Below are positions 20,613-27,995 of a stretch of 64,000 nt of DNA, piece after piece; the stretch's first letter is position 1; each line of letters opens with the position of its first letter. The DNA comes from Candidatus Eiseniibacteriota bacterium (GTDB lineage Bacteria; Eisenbacteria; RBG-16-71-46), in the NCBI GenBank assembly GCA_963744995.1, contig CAVUWA010000002.1, forward strand, positions 704,001-768,000, given 5' to 3'. Made by a program: the position numbers and the translations under genes. Under the pieces are notes generated by a model. That model worked only from the letters and a program-made list of their open reading frames with translations. It ran no database searches and had not been told where the DNA came from.

Positions 20613-21623
20613 ATGGCACGGAAGCGAATCGGCGTTCTCTACGAGTACTGGTGGGACGAGGACGAGGAGCGGGTAGAGGGCGGCCGGCCGCGCCGGCAGC
20701 CTCCGGAGCCGGACGTCCGGGAGGTCTACGAGGCCCTCAAGAAGCTCGGCCACAAGCCCGTCTATCTGCGGGTGGACGGGACCCGCCAGAGCCTGTCGGA
20801 CCTCGCCCGCACGAAAACCGACCTGATCTTCAACCTGGTCGAAGCGTTCGGCGGCGACGACACCCAGGAGCGTCACCTCGCCGGCTTCCTCGAGATGCTG
20901 AGGCGCCGGTTTACCGGCGCCGGGTCCGACGGCCTGCACATCGCCCAGGACAAGGCCCTCGCCAAGAAGATCTTCGCCTTCCACGGCATCCACACGCCGT
21001 ACTTCGCCACCGTCTACCGCGGCCGATCGCAGGGCGCGATGGACGTGCAATTCCCGGTGATCGTGAAACCCGCACGTGAGGACGGCTCGATCGGCATCCA
21101 CTTCGGCGCCGTGTGCCACTCCATCAAGGACCTGATGGAGCGCATCGACTTCATCCACGCGCAATTCGATTCGCCCGCGCTGATCGAGGAGTACATCGAG
21201 GGCCGCGAGCTGTACGTCGGCGTGCTGGGCAACGACGACCCCGAGGCGCTGCCGGTGGTCGAGATCGACCTGTCGAAGGTGCCCGAGGGCATGCCGAAGA
21301 TCGCCGGCACCGAGGTCAAGTGGGACACGGACTCGGAGATCTACCACGCCACGCCGTCGTTCCTGCCGGACGATCTCGATGATGCACTGGTGACGCGGCT
21401 TCAGGACACCGCCGTGAAGGCCTACCGGGTCTGCCAGGCGCGCGACTACGGGCGCGTGGACTTGAGACTGACGCCGGAAGGCACGGTCCACGTGCTCGAG
21501 GTGAACCCGAATCCCTACCTGCTCTCGACCGCCGAGTTCGCGATGGCGGCGAAGAAGAGCGGGCGGAGCTACGTGGAACTGATCGGGGAGATCGTGGAAG
21601 AGGCGCTGAAGCGGAGGGGGTGA
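20613..21623 (+). CDS. D-alanine--D-alanine ligase family ATP-grasp protein
   Basis: FNLVE, FTGA, DKALAK, VKPAREDGSIGI, EEYIEGRE, YGRVDLR and LEVNPNP. GGAGGAG RBS before ATG 20613. Confidence 0.85.
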   Translation: MARKRIGVLYEYWWDEDEERVEGGRPRRQPPEPDVREVYEALKKLGHKPVYLRVDGTRQSLSDLARTKTDLIFNLVEAFGGDDTQERHLAGFLEMLRRRFTGAGSDGLHIAQDKALAKKIFAFHGIHTPYFATVYRGRSQGAMDVQFPVIVKPAREDGSIGIHFGAVCHSIKDLMERIDFIHAQFDSPALIEEYIEGRELYVGVLGNDDPEALPVVEIDLSKVPEGMPKIAGTEVKWDTDSEIYHATPSFLPDDLDDALVTRLQDTAVKAYRVCQARDYGRVDLRLTPEGTVHVLEVNPNPYLLSTAEFAMAAKKSGRSYVELIGEIVEEALKRRG

Positions 21624-21727
21624 GGTCCCATGGTGGCGTCTTGCCGCCCGCCGCCGCCTGCACTCGAAGGACCGCCGGTGCCACCCCGTCATGCGCGGGC
21701 CGATTCCGACATGAGGCCTTGGTCCCA

Positions 21728-21755
21728 TTGTCTCGATCCGTCGCGCTGCTAGCGT
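21728..21755 (+). promoter_or_regulatory. Putative sigma70 promoter
   Basis: TTGTCT-16 nt-TAGCGT with extended -10 TG. Confidence 0.45.
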
Positions 21756-21834
21756 GAGGGCGTGCGCGGATCCCGCGCGTCCGATGCGGCGCGCCGAGAA
21801 TCGCTCCCGCCCCGCGCGCGCGGACAGGAGAACC

Positions 21835-22923
21835 ATGCGCCCGTTCACCCCCGCCCTGGTCCTCGGTCTGGCGGTCGCTCTTCTCGCGGCCAGCCCGCTC
21901 GCCGCCTGCACGTCCTTCTGCCTCGACACGCGCGACGGTCCGTTCTTCGCGACCAATCTCGATCTGAAGCTCGACGAGGGGCTGATCTTCGTGAACCGGC
22001 GCGGGCTCGCGAAAGAGGGCTACCAGCGAGGCACGACCGGCGAGGTGGCCAGGTGGGTTTCCAGATACGGCAGCGTGACCTTCAACCTGGCCGGCCGGGA
22101 GCTGGCGTGGTGCGGCATGAACGAAGCCGGCCTGGTCGTGAGCCAGATGGCCCTCGATGTGTCGGTGCTGCCTGCGCCGGACGAGCGCCCGCCGTTCGAC
22201 AACTCGTCGTGGGTCCAGTACGTGCTCGACACCTGCGGCAGCGTCGAGGATCTCGTCCGGATGGAGCCGCCGCTGCGCTTGAACGACCGGACGCCCTGTC
22301 ACTTCCTGGTCGCGGATGCCGACGGGCGTTGTGCCGCGGTCGAGTACCTGAACGGCCGCATGGTCTGCTACACGGGCGAGCGGGTGCCGGTCAAAGTGAT
22401 GACCAATGTTCCCTACGCCGCCGGGGTGGCATTCCTGGAAAGCGGTGTCGTGCCGGACTTCAATCCCGGCCGTTCGGTGCAGCGCGTCGCGGCCGCCGCG
22501 GCCGAGATCGACGCGTTCGGTGCGGGCCCCGGGGACCTCGCAGTGGATCACGCGCTGCGGGTTCTCACCGAAGTGGTCGTCGCGCGTCGTTCGTTCTGGA
22601 GCGACCTGTTTCACGAGCCGTACACGCGGTGGAGCATCGTGTTCGACATTCCGCGGCGCGAAGTTCACTTCCGGACCGTGGACCATCCCGGGGTGAGGCG
22701 CTTCGCGCTGGACCGCTTCGACCTGTCCTGTGAGGCGCCGGTGCGGATGCTCGACGTGAACGCCGATCTCGAGGGCGCGGTCGAGACGAAGTTCGAACCG
22801 TACGATCACGACGCCAATTTGAAGCTCTTCCGCACGTTCTGCGATCGATGGGGCGTGCGGCTCTCGCGGGAAGCTTCCGCGTCGTTCGTGCGGCTCATGG
22901 AGGGGTTCGAATGCGCGCGGTGA
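21835..22923 (+). CDS. Linear amide C-N hydrolase (choloylglycine hydrolase / penicillin V acylase, Ntn fold)
   Basis: Signal peptide followed by nucleophile Cys (A-CTSF). NLD, GMNEAGL, HFLVAD and TRWSIVFD motifs. Confidence 0.88.
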   Translation: MRPFTPALVLGLAVALLAASPLAACTSFCLDTRDGPFFATNLDLKLDEGLIFVNRRGLAKEGYQRGTTGEVARWVSRYGSVTFNLAGRELAWCGMNEAGLVVSQMALDVSVLPAPDERPPFDNSSWVQYVLDTCGSVEDLVRMEPPLRLNDRTPCHFLVADADGRCAAVEYLNGRMVCYTGERVPVKVMTNVPYAAGVAFLESGVVPDFNPGRSVQRVAAAAAEIDAFGAGPGDLAVDHALRVLTEVVVARRSFWSDLFHEPYTRWSIVFDIPRREVHFRTVDHPGVRRFALDRFDLSCEAPVRMLDVNADLEGAVETKFEPYDHDANLKLFRTFCDRWGVRLSREASASFVRLMEGFECAR

Positions 22924-22965
22924 CGGTTGTGTCGGCCCTCGGGCTCGGCCGGCCGGGCGTCCGGG

Positions 22966-23982
22966 CTATCGGATGCGGACCAGCTTGTGCAGCGAGACCA
23001 CGCCACCGGCACTGAACCCGATCAGGTACACGCCGGGTCGCACGGCCTGGCCCCGCTCGTCGTCTCCGTTCCACTCGAGCGTGTGTGATCCCGCCGGCCA
23101 GAGCCCGCTCGCCAGCGTGCGCACGCGCGCCCCGCGCAGATCGAATACCTCGAGGCGCGTGTCGAGTGGTTCGGCCAGCGTGAATGAAACCGTTGCGCCG
23201 CCACGCGTCGGATTTGGAAACGCCGAGGTGAATGCCGTGCGGCCCGTCTCTACTGCGGGCACGTCCACGTTCGTGTTGCCACTCAATTCTGCGATTTCGG
23301 CGGCATCGAGCACCCGGTCGTAAAAGCGCAGCTCGTCGATCTCGCCGGGGAAGTACAGGCGGTTGAACGTCACATCGCACGGATTGTTCCCGACCCCGAT
23401 CCACGGCATGCCGGTCAGAGTCGTAGGAACCAGCTGGTAGGCCGTTTCGAGCCCGCCGTCGATGTACATCTTCACCGTGTCGTCGACCGTCGAGCGCGTC
23501 ACGATGATGGCGTGGTAGGTGCCGTCATTGATCGACGTGGTGGTCTTCGCGTCATAGGTGATCACTTTCCCGCCGTCGATCATCGCGATGCCGAAGTCGC
23601 CGCCGACCGGGCTTCCGCACACTTCGCCGTCGACCAGACCCAATCCCTGGTACCAGACCTGTCCCGAGGGCGCGATCGCGGTCGTTCGTACCCAGAATGA
23701 CGTCGAGAACGCCGTCGTCCAGAGATTCCCAGGCAGCTCGACGAAGTCGTTGACACCGTCGAGAACGATCGCCTGATCGGCATGGCCGGCCGTGTAGCCG
23801 GGCGTACCGAAGGGTGTGCCGTGGTTGGCATTGCCGCTGGAATCCGCGGCATTGCCCTCGAAACGGTAGAAGGCGACCAGGCCATCGTTGATTCCGGCGG
23901 CGGCCGGAGAGATGAACGCGAGCGCAGCGGACAGGACGGCGGGGGTCAGGGCGGCGACGTTGAAGCACTTTGACCAGGACAT
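22966..23982 (-). CDS. Secreted LamG-like jellyroll protein with C-terminal FlgD-Ig/sorting domain
   Basis: GLVAFYRFEGNAADSSGN...GEIDELRFYDRVL (LamG), then FPNP...VFDLRGARVRTL...WNGDDERG...GVY. Confidence 0.85.
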   Translation of the reverse strand: MSWSKCFNVAALTPAVLSAALAFISPAAAGINDGLVAFYRFEGNAADSSGNANHGTPFGTPGYTAGHADQAIVLDGVNDFVELPGNLWTTAFSTSFWVRTTAIAPSGQVWYQGLGLVDGEVCGSPVGGDFGIAMIDGGKVITYDAKTTTSINDGTYHAIIVTRSTVDDTVKMYIDGGLETAYQLVPTTLTGMPWIGVGNNPCDVTFNRLYFPGEIDELRFYDRVLDAAEIAELSGNTNVDVPAVETGRTAFTSAFPNPTRGGATVSFTLAEPLDTRLEVFDLRGARVRTLASGLWPAGSHTLEWNGDDERGQAVRPGVYLIGFSAGGVVSLHKLVRIR

Positions 23983-24375
23983 GATGAACGGGCTCCCAGG
24001 CAAGGTGGGCCTCGCTGCTCACGCGCGGCGGCAGCGGAGAGGACAAGAGCCGGCCCGGGCCGGACCTCTTCGATTCTAGGCGCGTGACCGCGTCGCGACA
24101 ATGAATTCGTGGATGATCGAGCTCCATCGGAACCCCAGCATGTCGAGAACGAAAGCACAGATCGACACCTGGGCGCTCGTGAAAGCAGGAGGTACCGGGC
24201 GGCGCAACACGAACGCCGGATTGCGCCGGCCGAGGACGGCTGCAAGGGGCAGGCCTGCGTGCCGATAACGACCGCATGACTTCCCCGCGGAGTTTCGCGC
24301 CCTGGTGCGCTGTCCTCTCGATCACGGCTTCGCCGTGATCTCCTGGCGCGTCCGCTGCGGGCGCCGGCCCGCGAC

Positions 24376-24443
24376 ACGCGAGGATCACGGAGGAGAGGGT
24401 GATGCGGGAGGCGCACAGGGTGAGGAGATTGGGCGATGGCTAG
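24376..24443 (+). pseudogene. Tyrosine integrase 3'-tail remnant 1
   Basis: Translates ARITEERVMREAHRVRRLGDG*, matching ARLTDEMVRREAER of 33550..34518. Shares ACGCGAGGATC and GTGATGCGGGAGGCG with remnant 2. Confidence 0.7.
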
Positions 24444-24897
24444 TGGTTCGGTTCGGTCGGGAGCAATAGGACTGGCCGCGTTGCTGGGGTTGGTGCCGAC
24501 TGTGATGCAGTCGACGGAAAACCTCGTCTGGCCATCTGGTAATGCTCCTCACGCTTTGACTAGAGCAAGGGTGGCTGTGGAGGTGCCCGCTGACCCGGGG
24601 TCCATTCTTGTTGGCCAGACATTCATCGGCGCGCTGTCCGGCTACGGACTTGTGCAGGGCGGTTGGACGGACTCACCCGACAACGAGGGCCACGCGATAA
24701 GCTGGCGGCTGGCTGGAACGATTGAGCGTGTCGTGGGCGCCCTCGCAAACATGGGGATCTACGGAACGGTGTGGTTCTTGTTGCGCTACAGCCCCGTGGA
24801 GTCTCGCCGACGGAAGATTGCCCGGGCAGGGACGAGTCTGTGGTTGTTGGTCGCGGTGCCTGCCGGCCTGTTCAGCGCATGGTGGATCACCTTGTGA
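24436..24897 (+). CDS. Hypothetical membrane protein (cargo)
   Basis: 153-aa ORF with about three hydrophobic segments. Its ATG overlaps the stop of remnant 1. Confidence 0.6.
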   Translation: MASGSVRSGAIGLAALLGLVPTVMQSTENLVWPSGNAPHALTRARVAVEVPADPGSILVGQTFIGALSGYGLVQGGWTDSPDNEGHAISWRLAGTIERVVGALANMGIYGTVWFLLRYSPVESRRRKIARAGTSLWLLVAVPAGLFSAWWITL

Positions 24898-24916
24898 TTG
24901 GCACCAGGACCGTAGC

Positions 24917-25072
24917 CAGATGCGGTACGCCCTTGCGTGTCAGTGGCTGGACCGCAGCGCAAGTCTGGCCGCGCTGCGGCAGATCCTCGGGCACGCGTCT
25001 ATTGTGACGACGCAGCGCTACGCGAGGATCGCAGATGAGAGGTGATGCGGGAGGCGGAGAGGATCGCGGGAA
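24917..25072 (+). pseudogene. Tyrosine integrase 3'-tail remnant 2
   Basis: QMRYALACQWLDRSASLAALRQILGHASIVTTQRYARIADE, then a 1-nt frameshift, then VMREAERIAG. Confidence 0.88.
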
Positions 25073-25412
25073 AGGGGAGGCCAATGAAGTCGCGAAGGGC
25101 CGTCGCCGCGTGCGGTCGTCACGAGGGCCAGCAGCGCCAGCACGCCAGCAGCGGTCAAGAGTCTGATGGCATTCATGTTATCGGCCACGCGCCCAGCCAA
25201 CTGGTGGGATGGAGAGCCCGCGAGGTCCTTCCCGTCCAGTGCCACCAAAGGGCGATAGTGGGGGCCCAGGGGATGTGAGACGGTCACCCAGTCAAGGGTG
25301 AAGCTGATCGTCTGCCGGCAACAGGCAGGAGCGGATGTCCAGAGGATCCGTGGCAGCTTCAGCGTCGCTGGATTCGGAGGCATTGCAAGTGACGTCGCGT
25401 GCAGTGAGGCGC

Positions 25413-26381
25413 ATGGCCGGGCTGACGGGCTGGACATGTCTGGCATTGATGCTGGCGGGATGCAGCGAGCCCACGCACCCACTCGCGTCTCGCACCATCA
25501 CGGATTTCGGCGACGTGTGGGGAACATCGGGAACCGATGTGTATGCCGTTGGCCTGAGCCTCGATCAGGCAGGCTGGCACGGCCTGATCGTGCACTACGA
25601 CGGCCGGGAGTGGAGCCTCGTCGCCAACGGCGCGGCGGACTATTTCACCAGCATGTGGGGCGCCTCGGGAACGGACCAGTTCATCGTCGGGTTCCATCTG
25701 TACGACCATGGCACGATCCTGCATCGCAGCTACGACGGAAGCGACTGGACTGCCGACAGCAGCCCGTGCGCGGCCGAGCTGTTCGGCGTCTGGGGGAGTT
25801 CGGCGAGCGACGTTTTCGCGGTTGGAGACAGCAGGTTGGGCGGGGGCGGCGCGATCCTGCACTACGATGGCAGCAGCTGGACCACCCAAATCGACACAGT
25901 GGCGGCCAGGGCCGTCTGGGGGAGTTCGGCAAACGATGTATTCGCGGTCGGACCAGGCATCCTGCACTACGACGGCAACACATGGAGCACCCAGCTCGGC
26001 AGAACTGCGTATCTCTTCGGGGTGTGGGGGAGTTCCGCGAACGACGTGTTTGCCGTCGGTGGCGGCGGCACGGTTCTGCACAACGACGGCATCAGGTGGA
26101 GCAGCCAGGTCACCGGGACGACGGAGATTCTCGCGGACGTCTGGGGGGCCTCGGGGTCAGACGTATTCGCGGTGGGCTACGGCGGGACGATCCTGCACTA
26201 CGACGGCGCGACATGGAGCAGCCAGGTCAGCGGGACGCAGGAAGATCTTCAGGGCGTCTGGGGAAGCTCACCCGGCGACGTGTACGCCGTCGGGTACGAA
26301 GGGACATTCCTTCACTTCGATGGCAGCAGGTGGAGCGCGGTCAGGTGGCGATCATCCCCGGGTTGGCCTGGCCTTCGCTGA
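25413..26381 (+). CDS. Lipoprotein with WGxSxxDVxAVG repeats (predicted beta-propeller)
   Basis: Lipobox LMLAGC and seven repeats of (V/M)WG.S..D...VG...HxDG..W. Confidence 0.8.
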   Translation: MAGLTGWTCLALMLAGCSEPTHPLASRTITDFGDVWGTSGTDVYAVGLSLDQAGWHGLIVHYDGREWSLVANGAADYFTSMWGASGTDQFIVGFHLYDHGTILHRSYDGSDWTADSSPCAAELFGVWGSSASDVFAVGDSRLGGGGAILHYDGSSWTTQIDTVAARAVWGSSANDVFAVGPGILHYDGNTWSTQLGRTAYLFGVWGSSANDVFAVGGGGTVLHNDGIRWSSQVTGTTEILADVWGASGSDVFAVGYGGTILHYDGATWSSQVSGTQEDLQGVWGSSPGDVYAVGYEGTFLHFDGSRWSAVRWRSSPGWPGLR

Positions 26382-26409
26382 GTCGCGTCGGTTCACACGC
26401 GGGCTTCTG

Positions 26410-26479
26410 CCGACCCGCGCTGATGCTTTCACCATGATCATCGCGATCAGCCCCGGCACCGCCGCCCCCGTCCAGTAGA
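26410..26479 (-). pseudogene. 3'-end fragment of an MFS transporter homologous to 37825..39195
   Basis: 26428-26479 matches 37913-37964 at 44/52 nt by manual alignment (YWTGAAVPGLIAMIMVK vs YWTGAAVIGVIAMMMVK). Confidence 0.8.
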
Positions 26480-26491
26480 GGAGGGACGATC

Positions 26492-27730
26492 ATGAAGCCG
26501 GGAACCGGGGGCGCGGGACGCGGGCGACGATTTGTCGTGAGCGGCGTCGGCCTGCTCTACTTCGTCGCCGCATTCGAGATCCTGATCATGATCAGCCCGT
26601 TCGCGGCATTCTTCTACGCGGTGTTCAATCCGCTGCTGCTCGGGCTCAACGGCTGGGAGGGGACACGCTGGCTGACCGCGTTCTTCCTGCCCCACATGGT
26701 CGTCCCGCCGACACCCGCGCTCATTGCCATCCGGGTCTTGGGATCAGTGCTCTTCCTGGGCGGGAGCGCGCTGTTCCTGATCTGCGCCGTGCAGGTTTAC
26801 CTGGGCAAGCTCCTGCGCTGGCGCGTCGCCACGCACGGTTTCTATGCCTTCGTCCGGCATCCTCAGTACGCCGGGCTGATCCTGGCGGGTCTCGGGCTGA
26901 CCATCCTCTGGCCCCGCTTCCTCACCCTCGAGTTCCTGGCGCTCATGGTGTTCCTCTATTACCTGCTCGCTCGCGATGAGGAACAGCGCATGCTGAGGAT
27001 CCACCCGGAGGCCTACCTCGCCTACCAGCAGCGCACCGGGATGTTCTGGCCGCGGCTCCGAAGTGCGCGGGGTCCGGTGAAGCCACTGACGTCATGGGCC
27101 GCAGTGCTCCTGCTGGTTGCCCTGCTTGGCGGGGCCGCGGCGTTTGGCTTCGGCCTGCGCGCCTACACCGTGGCGCATCTGCCGATGATCAGCGCGGCGG
27201 GCGTTGACGTGCTCCCCATCGTCCCGGGCGACCGGTCCATTGCCGCGGGGCTCGTGGAGGCGGTCGTGAACGATCCCGCCGCGGCCGGCTATCTGAAGCC
27301 GATGACCGCCACGGGGCACGGGCGCATCCTGGCCTACGTGATGCCGGTCGACTACGTGATGCAGGGGATGATCGCGAACACCGGTGAGGAGTGGAAGCTG
27401 TTCCAGCACCATCAGACGTTCCGCATGATCGCGGACTACGTGCTGCACCCCATTCGCCATCTCGAGGGTGGTCACATGCACCACGCCGGGATGCCGCCCA
27501 TGCAGCACGGCCCGGCGATGTATGCCAACCCGACGATGCGCCGACGGATCATCTTCCTGGAGATCCACGGCACGCGAGCCCTGACGGCCCGCGCCGATGA
27601 CTTCGGCATCAACAACCAGCGCCTTCCGCGCTTCTACGCCGACGTGCACCTGCACACGAACGAGGTCCTGCAGGTCCAGGGGACGCCGGCTGGAACCGGA
27701 TGGGGCACCGTGCCCACGCCGATGTTCTAA
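26492..27730 (+). CDS. ICMT/PEMT-family membrane methyltransferase domain fused to a soluble His/Met-rich domain
   Basis: GFYAFVRHPQY, EEQRM and YQQRTGMFWP motifs. C-terminal region contains GGHMHHAGMPPMQHG. Confidence 0.75.
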   Translation: MKPGTGGAGRGRRFVVSGVGLLYFVAAFEILIMISPFAAFFYAVFNPLLLGLNGWEGTRWLTAFFLPHMVVPPTPALIAIRVLGSVLFLGGSALFLICAVQVYLGKLLRWRVATHGFYAFVRHPQYAGLILAGLGLTILWPRFLTLEFLALMVFLYYLLARDEEQRMLRIHPEAYLAYQQRTGMFWPRLRSARGPVKPLTSWAAVLLLVALLGGAAAFGFGLRAYTVAHLPMISAAGVDVLPIVPGDRSIAAGLVEAVVNDPAAAGYLKPMTATGHGRILAYVMPVDYVMQGMIANTGEEWKLFQHHQTFRMIADYVLHPIRHLEGGHMHHAGMPPMQHGPAMYANPTMRRRIIFLEIHGTRALTARADDFGINNQRLPRFYADVHLHTNEVLQVQGTPAGTGWGTVPTPMF

Positions 27731-27995
27731 GAGAGCGATGAGGTGTCCATGGGCGCGGCGATCGAGCGCTGACACGTCGCAGGGGGGATCGTCGGTCCCA
27801 CCGTCGCTCCACCCGACACTTCTCCCGTCGCCACGAAGCGCACTCCCCTGCACCAACCGGCGCCACGCCGCGCAACTTCATGCGGCTGCGCTTCCTGAAC
27901 GCCACTCTCAGAATCCGACCTCGACGGTACGCCTATTGCGTGTGCGTCTCCGTTTGGCATTCGCAGCGCTGACCTGCACTCCCGAGGGGCAACTC

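Noticed and set aside
25231..25240. Further CCCGTCCAGT copy matching the MFS repeat core
   Set aside because: Only 10 bp, and it also occurs inside the Cyc2-like gene, so it is compatible with chance.
25500..26340. CRISPR-like or DNA-level repeat array
   Set aside because: The repeats are degenerate in-frame protein repeats. No CRISPR array or cas gene was seen in the window.
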